Shown one piece after another: positions 6,821 through 13,581 of a DNA stretch of 15,613 nucleotides. Position numbers and translations under genes: made by a program. The stretch lies in IMG/VR virus record IMGVR_UViG_3300038300_000093. One strand, written 5' to 3'. The notes beneath the pieces are model-generated. The model was not told the origin of the DNA and did not search any database. It worked only from the letters and a program-made list of their open reading frames with translations. Source of the stretch: a virus. Taxonomy: Duplodnaviria > Heunggongvirae > Uroviricota > Caudoviricetes. Each line of letters starts with the position of its first letter. Position 1 is the first letter of the stretch.

Positions 6821-6866
6821 TTGTCTTTGTCCTTTTTAAGTTTAGTTTGTCTTTCTTACTAAGCTT

Positions 6867-6894
6867 ACTATAAGGGCTCAACTTGATTAGTCAA
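6867..6894 (-). promoter_or_regulatory. Unit 19 promoter
   Basis: TTGACT-16-TATAGT. Confidence 0.8.
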
Positions 6895-6907
6895 GCCCTG
6901 TTTTAAA

Positions 6908-7339
6908 TTAAACTACTTCAAAAGGAATATTTTCTCTGTTGTCGTCTATTGCCTTTCTAAGCTTCTTAAAATAGTTTGTTAAGTGCTTTACAATTTGTTC
7001 AGCGGTTGCTTTGTTCTTCTTTCTAAAGCCAGTCTTAACGCGACCATAACAAAGATGTGAATCTTTGGGAGGATTGATTAAGATTGATCCACCAGTACCA
7101 CTTGAAACTTCCATGTCGTTCGTGCTGTTGCCTTCTTTATCAAATCCATAAATCATAACAGAGTGAAAGCTCGGATCGTTCTGTCTGATGCCGTTTGAGT
7201 GCTTTGACTCTTCTTGTATTCCAAAGCCTAAAGCGATATGTCTTGTCAGTCCTACTTTATACGCTGATGCCCAGTAACCGCTTCCTAGTTCTTTCTTGAA
7301 AGCTTCTGTCAGTGCTGTTACCATTTCTTGATTTTTCAT
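6908..7339 (-). CDS. Hypothetical protein, 143 aa
   Basis: ORF track; RBS 7344-7349; unit 20. Confidence 0.9.
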   Translation of the reverse strand: MKNQEMVTALTEAFKKELGSGYWASAYKVGLTRHIALGFGIQEESKHSNGIRQNDPSFHSVMIYGFDKEGNSTNDMEVSSGTGGSILINPPKDSHLCYGRVKTGFRKKNKATAEQIVKHLTNYFKKLRKAIDDNRENIPFEVV

Positions 7340-7383
7340 ATTGTGTCCTTTCTTTTGTTTGAGTTGTCTTTCTTACTAAGCTT

Positions 7384-7411
7384 ACTATAAGGGCTCAACT
7401 CATTAAGTCAA
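7384..7411 (-). promoter_or_regulatory. Unit 20 promoter
   Basis: TTGACT-16-TATAGT. Confidence 0.8.
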
Positions 7412-7425
7412 GCCCTATTTTAAAA

Positions 7426-7653
7426 TTATTTTAAAGGAGTATAGACGAAATCAATATATTCTTTTTCAAAAGACTCAACGGCTTTTTGATAGTCTGTAAA
7501 GCTTGCCTCATACTTTTCCGTTTCATTGTTCTGTATGTGATGGCAAACTAATTTATTTTCAATGGTATACATTCTATTGAAAACTAATGTGTACTTACTG
7601 AGCTCTGTTATCTCAGTTCTTTTTTTTCCTGATGGTTTGTAGTTTGTAAACAT
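7426..7653 (-). CDS. Hypothetical protein, 75 aa
   Basis: ORF track; RBS 7658-7663; unit 21. Confidence 0.85.
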   Translation of the reverse strand: MFTNYKPSGKKRTEITELSKYTLVFNRMYTIENKLVCHHIQNNETEKYEASFTDYQKAVESFEKEYIDFVYTPLK

Positions 7654-7693
7654 GTTTTGTCCTTTGGTTTAGTTTGTCTTTCTTACTAATCTT

Positions 7694-7721
7694 AATATAG
7701 TAGCTCAACTTGATACTTCAA
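7694..7721 (-). promoter_or_regulatory. Unit 21 promoter
   Basis: TTGAAG-16-TATATT. Confidence 0.8.
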
Positions 7722-7742
7722 GCCCTATTTTGAAATAAATGC

Positions 7743-7791
7743 AAAAAAAAGATCCTAAGCCAAAAAGGACATTAAAGGCTTAGGATCTTTT
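7743..7791 (-). terminator. Intrinsic terminator with AAAAAGGACA-containing loop (plus sense)
   Basis: 15-bp perfect inverted repeat 7747-7761 / 7777-7791; T8 on minus. Confidence 0.9.
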
Positions 7792-7805
7792 GAAACTTAA
7801 ATTAC

Positions 7806-8630
7806 TTAATAAAAAGAACTTTTTCTCTTTTTACCTCTGTTAAAGTCGATCTTTGGATTTCTCTTCTTTTTACTATGACTCTCTGCCTGTTTTTTTTCTC
7901 TATACGCCTTCTTATCCTTTTCGTATTTGGCAACATCTGATAATTTAGCTTTATAATATTTATCAAATCTTCCACAAAATTCAACATCCCATTGATCTGG
8001 TTTCCACAATATTCTGTTGTTATTTATCTTTGCTTTAATTTCCCTGTATGTCTTAGAAGCTTCTCCTTTCTCTTTATTTAAAGCTTTTTTTACTTCTAAG
8101 TACTTCCCAACAATGCCGTAATATTCTTTCACTTTCAGCATTGAATTTAAATGATCTTTTTGTTGTATAAGAACTTGAGCCTTCGCGGCTTTAACTTCTG
8201 GCAGCCGATGATCATGAAGTCCTTTCACTTTAATTGTCCACCACATCGAACACGCTTTTCGACTGCTTGACTTTTGTTTTTCTATCAAAGCATCTAAAGA
8301 TTTTTTAACACGATAACCTTTATCCTTCAAAGCTTTCATCTGTTTTAATTCTTCTTGAGTGTAAGAATCTTTTGCCTTCTCAGCTAATTCTTTTGCTTTT
8401 GCTTTCTCAGCTAATTCTTTTGCTTTCTCAGCTAATTCTTTTTCTTTTGCTTTCTTTTCTTTATATATTCGATAATTCTCAGCCAACTTTTCGTTTACTT
8501 GTCGCGCTTTTTCCGATCTCTCCTTGTTTGTCTTTTCAATAAGAGCTCTTTTCTTTTTGTTTAGTTCATCCCTGTCAGTTGCCGTCAAACTAATACTGAA
8601 TAGGAAGAGTATTGTTAATAATATTTTCAT
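7806..8630 (-). CDS. Lys-rich coiled-coil protein with N-terminal signal peptide, 274 aa
   Basis: MKILLTILFLFSISLTA signal-like; ELAEKAK x3; atypical RBS; unit 22; followed by a terminator. Confidence 0.85.
   Translation of the reverse strand: MKILLTILFLFSISLTATDRDELNKKKRALIEKTNKERSEKARQVNEKLAENYRIYKEKKAKEKELAEKAKELAEKAKAKELAEKAKDSYTQEELKQMKALKDKGYRVKKSLDALIEKQKSSSRKACSMWWTIKVKGLHDHRLPEVKAAKAQVLIQQKDHLNSMLKVKEYYGIVGKYLEVKKALNKEKGEASKTYREIKAKINNNRILWKPDQWDVEFCGRFDKYYKAKLSDVAKYEKDKKAYREKKQAESHSKKKRNPKIDFNRGKKRKSSFY
8371..8452 (-). repeat. Intragenic tandem repeat encoding KELAEKA(K) three times
   Basis: ttctcagctaattcttt occurs three times; 21-bp tandem pair at about 8400-8441. Confidence 0.9.
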
Positions 8631-8663
8631 TTATATTCTCTTTGTTAGTTAGTTTACTTGTTT

Positions 8664-8691
8664 AATATAATGTTACTTAGGGCTCTTTCAA
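8664..8691 (-). promoter_or_regulatory. Unit 22 promoter
   Basis: TTGAAA-16-TATATT. Confidence 0.8.
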
Positions 8692-8706
8692 GCCCTGCTT
8701 TAAAGT

Positions 8707-8973
8707 TTAAGCAATATATCTATTCAATTCAAAATTATTGCTTATATTGTTGCCACGATTATAAACTTGGAAGTGTAAAGATTTATTCTTTACAAGCTTA
8801 TTGTTCTTGTATACTGGGACTGATACTCTAGTCGTCTTTCCCTCTTTAGGACGCTTTGAGTTCATTCCGACTAGAACAGCCACTTCTTCTTGATCAGTAG
8901 TGAATCCCTCGCTTATAACGTGATTCAAAGCGGTTTCAACTGCTGATGTGTATGATGAGTGATAAAGTTGCAT
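8707..8973 (-). CDS. Hypothetical protein, 88 aa (LH.QVYNRG...ELN.YI motif, phage-type)
   Basis: ORF track; canonical AGGAG RBS near 8979-8984; unit 23. Confidence 0.9.
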   Translation of the reverse strand: MQLYHSSYTSAVETALNHVISEGFTTDQEEVAVLVGMNSKRPKEGKTTRVSVPVYKNNKLVKNKSLHFQVYNRGNNISNNFELNRYIA

Positions 8974-9026
8974 GTCTAACTCCTGATGAAATTTTGTAAG
9001 CTTGCTTAGTGCTTCTTACTAATCTT

Positions 9027-9054
9027 AATATAGTAGCACTAATGATTATTACAA
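9027..9054 (-). promoter_or_regulatory. Unit 23 promoter
   Basis: TTGTAA-16-TATATT. Confidence 0.8.
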
Positions 9055-9077
9055 GCCCTGTTTTAAATTATTTTTAA

Positions 9078-9338
9078 TTAAAACCATACAGTGTGAAATT
9101 CGACATCATCAAGCTCACTCGCCCCACAAGCATCGACAATCTGTTTATCATTTAGTATTTCTTTAAAAGCATTTAGAATAGCGTTCTCATGTTTAAAGAC
9201 TGGAATGTTCCAAAGTCCTACAGAACTATTCTCTAAGCCATCCTTATCCACATTTAAGAATAGTTCTATTATACTGCCCGACTGAACTATATTATAGCCG
9301 TGCTTACGACAAATTCTTGTGATTAATTTTCTCTTCAT
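9078..9338 (-). CDS. Hypothetical protein, 86 aa (MKRKLITRICRKHG...)
   Basis: Start moved from TTG 9407 to ATG 9338 using AAAGGATG 9343-9350. Confidence 0.75.
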   Translation of the reverse strand: MKRKLITRICRKHGYNIVQSGSIIELFLNVDKDGLENSSVGLWNIPVFKHENAILNAFKEILNDKQIVDACGASELDDVEFHTVWF

Positions 9339-9348
9339 GTCGCATCCT

Positions 9349-9376
9349 TTAATATTGTATCTTAGGGCTCTTTCAA
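9349..9376 (-). promoter_or_regulatory. Unit 24, collapsed (no leader, poor -10)
   Basis: TTGAAA-16-TATTAA; palindrome AGGGCT/AGCCCT intact. Confidence 0.45.
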
Positions 9377-9388
9377 GCCCTGTTGTGA

Positions 9389-9520
9389 TTAGGAAGCATT
9401 CTTCCAACTCTTGTCCTTTCTGCTGTAGTTCTTCTTAGACTCTACAACACGAGTTGTTGGATTGAATCCCCAACTTCTGCGATTAAGCTTTGTTGGATCT
9501 GATATTTTGATCTTTTTCAT
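9389..9520 (-). CDS. 43-aa basic protein MKKIKISDPTKLNRRSWGFNPTTRVVESKKNYSRKDKSWKNAS (R..W..NP.TRV..SKK.Y.RK motif recalled from phage small proteins)
   Basis: Manual translation; RBS 9527-9532; unit 25. Confidence 0.85.
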   Translation of the reverse strand: MKKIKISDPTKLNRRSWGFNPTTRVVESKKNYSRKDKSWKNAS

Positions 9521-9566
9521 TTTCTTGTCCTTTCTAAGTTTTAGTTGTCTCTCTCTTACTAATCTT

Positions 9567-9594
9567 AATATAAGGGCTCAAACTCATTGTTCAA
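9567..9594 (-). promoter_or_regulatory. Unit 25 promoter
   Basis: TTGAAC-16-TATATT. Confidence 0.8.
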
Positions 9595-9612
9595 GCCCTA
9601 TTTTGAATAATA

Positions 9613-9771
9613 TTAAACTTTTTTAGAATCTTCATCATCTGAACCGAAAAGTTCATCCATAAGTTCTTTAGTGCTGGAGTAGGATCTTCTATCAGAATCA
9701 TCTTTTGATCTTTGTTTTATTAAAGGCTTTATATCTCTTTCCCACTCTGCTTCTTTTTCATCTTCAGTCAT
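9613..9771 (-). CDS. 52-aa charged hypothetical protein (MTEDEKEAEW...)
   Basis: Start moved from 9822 to 9771 using AGGAGT 9776-9781. Confidence 0.8.
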   Translation of the reverse strand: MTEDEKEAEWERDIKPLIKQRSKDDSDRRSYSSTKELMDELFGSDDEDSKKV

Positions 9772-9807
9772 AATAACTCCTATTAATTTGATTAACTTAC
9801 TAATCTT

Positions 9808-9835
9808 AATATAAGGGCTCAAATGATTATTACAA
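9808..9835 (-). promoter_or_regulatory. Unit 26 promoter
   Basis: TTGTAA-16-TATATT. Confidence 0.8.
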
Positions 9836-9842
9836 GCCCTAT

Positions 9843-10052
9843 TTAAAATTTATTTAAAACATATTCATCACTTGATCCGATTCTTTCAAAATTCTTTTCT
9901 TTGTCAGCATCTTCAATCTTAACAATCTTATATGAATGTCCAGTTCTCTTGCCAAGGCGATTCCATCCCGCTACAATTCCGTCCTCTTTGCCTCTCTCGC
10001 AATAGCGGTGATCTTCTCTTGTTCCATTGCAACTGTATGTAAACTTGATCAT
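9843..10052 (-). CDS. Hypothetical protein, 69 aa
   Basis: ORF track; RBS 10059-10064; unit 27. Confidence 0.85.
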   Translation of the reverse strand: MIKFTYSCNGTREDHRYCERGKEDGIVAGWNRLGKRTGHSYKIVKIEDADKEKNFERIGSSDEYVLNKF

Positions 10053-10078
10053 TGTGTGTGTCCTTTTTAAGTTGTTAT

Positions 10079-10106
10079 ACTATAGCGGTGCTTAGGGCTA
10101 TTTCAA
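10079..10106 (-). promoter_or_regulatory. Unit 27 promoter
   Basis: TTGAAA-16-TATAGT. Confidence 0.8.
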
Positions 10107-10120
10107 GCCCTGTTTATAAT

Positions 10121-10312
10121 TTAAGCTATCAGTATTTCTTCGATCTTCATATTATATGAGTCTTGAAGATCATTCATAGTTGCATTACTGCCATGAATAT
10201 TATCATTAATGTAATTTTGAATGTCAGCTTCTTCTATGTTGTCTGGAATGCTTACAGTTCCACTCCACTCTTCAGTGACTCTTTGAATAATTTTTACGTT
10301 TATTTCTTTCAT
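10121..10312 (-). CDS. Hypothetical acidic protein, 63 aa
   Basis: ORF track; RBS 10319-10324; unit 28. Confidence 0.85.
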   Translation of the reverse strand: MKEINVKIIQRVTEEWSGTVSIPDNIEEADIQNYINDNIHGSNATMNDLQDSYNMKIEEILIA

Positions 10313-10349
10313 TTTCTTTGTCCTTTTGTTTGATTAACTTACTAATCTT

Positions 10350-10377
10350 ACTATAAGGGCTCAAATGATTATTACAA
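10350..10377 (-). promoter_or_regulatory. Unit 28 promoter
   Basis: TTGTAA-16-TATAGT. Confidence 0.8.
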
Positions 10378-10393
10378 GCCCTATTTAAAACTA

Positions 10394-10678
10394 TTATGCA
10401 ACTTTACCAAGTGGCGTTACATTTCCGTTTAATACTTCAACCAATGTTTCAACTGAGATTTTTAACTTAAGATTAAATCCGAATGAATCTTTTCTATAGT
10501 AAAGCCCTTCATTGTCAATTAACACTTCGCGAGTGATCATCTCTTTATTGCCTGCTTCGTATTCAAAAGCAATCCCTGTATGATGTCCTGCGTTTAGATT
10601 AGGATAATCAGTTAGTATGCTATTTGTTACTGTAGTGATCAACTGGCGGAGTTCTGTGGTATTGAATGGCTTCTTCAT
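10394..10678 (-). CDS. Hypothetical protein, 94 aa (MKKPFNTTEL...)
   Basis: Start moved from 10738 to 10678 using RBS 10684-10689. Confidence 0.85.
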   Translation of the reverse strand: MKKPFNTTELRQLITTVTNSILTDYPNLNAGHHTGIAFEYEAGNKEMITREVLIDNEGLYYRKDSFGFNLKLKISVETLVEVLNGNVTPLGKVA

Positions 10679-10723
10679 GATGATGTCCTTTTCTTTTGTT
10701 TGATTGTCTTTCTTACTAAGCTT

Positions 10724-10751
10724 ACTATAAGGGCTCAACTCATTAAGTCAA
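10724..10751 (-). promoter_or_regulatory. Unit 29 promoter
   Basis: TTGACT-16-TATAGT. Confidence 0.8.
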
Positions 10752-10764
10752 GCCCTATTTTAAA

Positions 10765-11121
10765 CTATTCTCCTAAACATTGACAACATTGTCCGCTGTC
10801 GTATCCTCGGCCTGTCGGCTCTCCGCATGAATAACATTCATAATCATCATCATCGGGACATGGTCTCTCTTCTTCGATCTCTGGTTGCTGTGACTCTAAC
10901 TGTAATGATTTTTCCAAAGTCATTACAACAAAATTATATCTGCCAGTTGCCCACTTGTCAGCCCAGTCTTGATCAAACTTTAAAACTTTTTTAATTTCAG
11001 CCTTACTATCAGACGTGAGATAAACACTCTTACCAAGATACTTGAAAGTTTTTGATTCATTGAAATATAATTTTCTTTTGATATATCCTGTCGTATCGTC
11101 TGCGATTACTAATTGCGCCAT
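10765..11121 (-). CDS. Hypothetical protein, 118 aa, with C-terminal CxxC...CxxC zinc-ribbon-like motif
   Basis: ORF track; RBS 11127-11132; no own promoter (second gene of an operon). Confidence 0.85.
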   Translation of the reverse strand: MAQLVIADDTTGYIKRKLYFNESKTFKYLGKSVYLTSDSKAEIKKVLKFDQDWADKWATGRYNFVVMTLEKSLQLESQQPEIEEERPCPDDDDYECYSCGEPTGRGYDSGQCCQCLGE

Positions 11122-11134
11122 TTCCTTGTCCTCT

Positions 11135-11344
11135 TTACTTTCTACTGTCTGATACTTCTGTTCTAACGTCAGAGCCTTTCAAGCCTATCTTGTTAGCTTC
11201 TCCATTGGCGAAATCTTTGATTTCCTTGAGTTCTTTTATCAAGTTGTCAACTTCATCAGTATCTCCTCTCATATCCCACATCAATTTGTTTTGAATCTTC
11301 AAACCATTATTCTTGATGCTGATTGTTACAAATACTCTTTTCAT
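11135..11344 (-). CDS. Hypothetical protein, 69 aa (MKRVFVTISI...)
   Basis: Start moved from 11374 to 11344 using RBS 11350-11355. Confidence 0.85.
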   Translation of the reverse strand: MKRVFVTISIKNNGLKIQNKLMWDMRGDTDEVDNLIKELKEIKDFANGEANKIGLKGSDVRTEVSDSRK

Positions 11345-11372
11345 TGTCTTGTCCTTTTCTTTAAGTTGATTC

Positions 11373-11400
11373 AATATATATGTCGTTTAGATTATTACAA
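11373..11400 (-). promoter_or_regulatory. Unit 30 promoter (drives a 2-gene operon)
   Basis: TTGTAA-16-TATATT. Confidence 0.75.
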
Positions 11401-11530
11401 GCCATATTTTAAAAAAAGGGCCACATCTTGTTAATTCAAGTTCTTCCTAATCTTTTCAATTAAGACGTATTTTATATCCCTATGAAGGATAACTATATAC
11501 TAATGCAAGCACTAAGTTGTTTTTATAACT

Positions 11531-11746
11531 CTACATTGTTATGTAGAGTTCTACGCATTCCTTAGAGTAGCCTTCTGCTTTCGCTCTTTCTCTAAAGCGT
11601 TCTTCTGTGGTAGGGAGATTCCTCAGTGTGAATCTGTTCCCTGATGCAGACTGTCTGCACTTTTCCCATAGTCTCATAAGGCGGAAGGCGCTGTCTGATC
11701 CTCCTGCCAACTCCTCTAGGCGATCGTTTTCTTCTTGTTCTGTCAT
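11531..11746 (-). CDS. Hypothetical protein, 71 aa
   Basis: ORF track; RBS 11754-11759; unit 31. Confidence 0.85.
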   Translation of the reverse strand: MTEQEENDRLEELAGGSDSAFRLMRLWEKCRQSASGNRFTLRNLPTTEERFRERAKAEGYSKECVELYITM

Positions 11747-11776
11747 TTCTCTGTGTCCTTTTATTTAAGATAATTT

Positions 11777-11804
11777 AATATAAGGGCTTAACCGTTAAAG
11801 TCAA
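11777..11804 (-). promoter_or_regulatory. Unit 31 promoter
   Basis: TTGACT-16-TATATT. Confidence 0.8.
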
Positions 11805-11817
11805 GCCCTGTTTTAAA

Positions 11818-12009
11818 TTAATCAGCTTTAATATCTGAGTAAATCATCATATCTCTTTCTTTACAGTGGAATTCTAACAATCCTTCTGAATCAATATAAG
11901 TTTCTTTCTTTGAACTAATATTAAATACAGTCATGATTTGTTCTTCTGTAAGATCGGCTTTGAACTTTGTTACTATCTTATTTCCCAGTACTACTGTTAA
12001 TTCATTCAT
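11818..12009 (-). CDS. Hypothetical protein, 63 aa
   Basis: ORF track; RBS 12016-12021; unit 32. Confidence 0.85.
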   Translation of the reverse strand: MNELTVVLGNKIVTKFKADLTEEQIMTVFNISSKKETYIDSEGLLEFHCKERDMMIYSDIKAD

Positions 12010-12040
12010 TGTCTTTGTCCTTTTTCTTTAAGTTATTTAC

Positions 12041-12068
12041 ACTATAGTGGTTGTTTGGGCTTTTGCAA
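12041..12068 (-). promoter_or_regulatory. Unit 32 promoter
   Basis: TTGCAA-16-TATAGT. Confidence 0.8.
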
Positions 12069-12081
12069 GCCCTATTTTGAA

Positions 12082-12399
12082 TTAATCCTCTATTCTATCG
12101 TGAATTGATACTGGTTGACCGCTTACCGCTTCTCTAAAGCGACTATCACAACTCCAAGCAAAGTTACCGCCTGCCATACAATGACGCTTTGAATCGGATG
12201 GCTTGAGACTAAGGCAAGTACTGCCAAAGATTTCTCTCTTGATCAAATCCACTCTCAGAGCTTCAGGAGCGTTTTCCTCCTTGATCCATCCTCTTGGATG
12301 TTCTATGTAAAGAAGATCCGTCTTACTGCTTAATCCTTTGTTTGTGCAATCTCCAAGGCGAGAATCTCTTAGTACGCTTACTGATATGAATTTTTTCAT
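12082..12399 (-). CDS. Hypothetical protein, 105 aa; GDCTN.G.SS...M.GGNF...DSRF...P..IHDR.E family recalled from diverse phages
   Basis: ORF track; RBS 12405-12410; unit 33. Confidence 0.9.
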   Translation of the reverse strand: MKKFISVSVLRDSRLGDCTNKGLSSKTDLLYIEHPRGWIKEENAPEALRVDLIKREIFGSTCLSLKPSDSKRHCMAGGNFAWSCDSRFREAVSGQPVSIHDRIED

Positions 12400-12452
12400 T
12401 TTGCTGTCCTTTCTAAGTTTTGTAAGCCTGCTTAGTGCTTCTTACTATTCTT

Positions 12453-12480
12453 AATATAGTAGCTCAAATTATTATTGCAA
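12453..12480 (-). promoter_or_regulatory. Unit 33 promoter
   Basis: TTGCAA-16-TATATT. Confidence 0.8.
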
Positions 12481-12500
12481 GCCCTATTTTAAATTATTTT

Positions 12501-12526
12501 AAAAAAAGCTCTAAGTTAATAGAGCC
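12501..12526 (-). terminator. Intrinsic terminator
   Basis: GCTCTA 12508-12513 / TAGAGC 12520-12525; T7 on minus. Confidence 0.7.
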
Positions 12527-12535
12527 TTGATTATT

Positions 12536-12589
12536 TTACATTCCGTTGGTTTCTTCACGTCCACCGTCATTCTTGTCGTGGTCATTCAT
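12536..12589 (-). CDS. Possible 17-aa micropeptide MNDHDKNDGGREETNGM
   Basis: Manual translation; AAAGGAAC RBS 12595-12602; own promoter (unit 34) and terminator. Confidence 0.45.
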   Translation of the reverse strand: MNDHDKNDGGREETNGM

Positions 12590-12625
12590 AATATGTTCCT
12601 TTGTTTTGTTGTTGTTTACTATCTT

Positions 12626-12653
12626 AACTTAATGGCTTAACTCGATCTTTCAA
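12626..12653 (-). promoter_or_regulatory. Unit 34 promoter
   Basis: TTGAAA-16-TAAGTT. Confidence 0.6.
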
Positions 12654-12672
12654 GCCCTTTTTTGATTAATCT

Positions 12673-13032
12673 TTAAGATACTTTAAGCATTTCTTCTATT
12701 TCAGATGGTGTGCTCTCACAATGTAAATTTGGAAGAGGAACAGAAAGCGTGTTTCTGTAAGAATCTAACAGAGTGAATCTTTTAACAATTTCATTCACTT
12801 TCTTTTCATTAATCCAGTAATGTTTAGACTTGTCTAAATTGTCCCATGCTTCTTTAATAGCCTTCTCTGTGACGCTGAAACACATGTTGGTGCTTGAGTA
12901 TACACGAGCATCTACTTTAGAGCCATCAAGCAAAGTAAGAATGACTTGTACATCTTCACTACTTACTACGCCATGTAGACTTCTTATACTTCCCGCTCTG
13001 ACTGTCAGAGATAATGTTTTATAGTTTTTCAT
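12673..13032 (-). CDS. Hypothetical protein, 119 aa (MKNYKTLSLT...)
   Basis: Start moved from 13089 to 13032 using RBS 13040-13045. Confidence 0.85.
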   Translation of the reverse strand: MKNYKTLSLTVRAGSIRSLHGVVSSEDVQVILTLLDGSKVDARVYSSTNMCFSVTEKAIKEAWDNLDKSKHYWINEKKVNEIVKRFTLLDSYRNTLSVPLPNLHCESTPSEIEEMLKVS

Positions 13033-13052
13033 TTGCTGTTGTCCTTTTAAAG

Positions 13053-13130
13053 TTAGTAGTGAGAGAGAACCATTTCTTTTAACCTTCACACTATTACGTG
13101 TTCTTCGGAGTTATTCTCTCTCACTACTTA
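13053..13130. repeat. 15-bp perfect inverted repeat enclosing 44 nt in a 5'UTR (possible MITE or structured leader)
   Basis: AGTAGTGAGAGAGAA 13055-13069 / TTCTCTCTCACTACT 13114-13128. Confidence 0.85.
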
Positions 13131-13131
13131 T

Positions 13132-13159
13132 ACTATAAGGGCTCAAACTTATTGTTCAA
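13132..13159 (-). promoter_or_regulatory. Unit 35 promoter
   Basis: TTGAAC-16-TATAGT. Confidence 0.8.
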
Positions 13160-13172
13160 GCCCTATTTTGAA

Positions 13173-13493
13173 TTATTTGTAATGAATTTCCATTACATCT
13201 CCACTGTCTTTAACATCATTCTTTATTGCAAGAACTATGAGCTTGTTGATTTGCCATTCTAGCATAACATCATCAATTTCGCCTTCAATCTCAGGAACTG
13301 TATTCAAAACGATCATTTTGATCTCAAAGAGTCTCTTCTTCTTTTCAAATCGTTCTGTCAAGTCAGTGCGGATCTTTTCAACTGTAGTCATATCATCGTT
13401 TAGACGAGAGGCAAGAGCCTTCAATTCGTTACAGCTTTCACCATCAAAACAGCGTTCTTTACAGTACTCACAAACTTCATTGTCTTTTGTCAT
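13173..13493 (-). CDS. Hypothetical protein, 106 aa, N-terminal CxxCxxxC-x5-C
   Basis: Start moved from 13559 to 13493 using RBS 13499-13504. Confidence 0.85.
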   Translation of the reverse strand: MTKDNEVCEYCKERCFDGESCNELKALASRLNDDMTTVEKIRTDLTERFEKKKRLFEIKMIVLNTVPEIEGEIDDVMLEWQINKLIVLAIKNDVKDSGDVMEIHYK

Positions 13494-13538
13494 TGTATTG
13501 TCCTTTTCTTTTGTTGAGTTGTCTTTCTTACTAATCTT

Positions 13539-13566
13539 AATATAAGGGCTTAAACTCATTGTTCAA
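13539..13566 (-). promoter_or_regulatory. Unit 36 promoter
   Basis: TTGAAC-16-TATATT. Confidence 0.8.
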
Positions 13567-13581
13567 GCCCTATTTAAATTA

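Noticed and set aside
9339-9417. TTG start at 9407 with an AAAGGACA at 9412-9419
   Set aside because: That AAAGGACA encodes RKDK inside the 43-aa gene 9389-9520, and the extension would translate through a repeat; ATG 9338 is simpler.
11401-11530. Unassigned 130-bp gap with promoter-like scraps (TTGCAT, TATAGT, weak ATCCTTCATAGGGAT hairpin)
   Set aside because: The boxes are not at 16-bp spacing and there is no RBS-led ORF or strong stem; at most an eroded unit.
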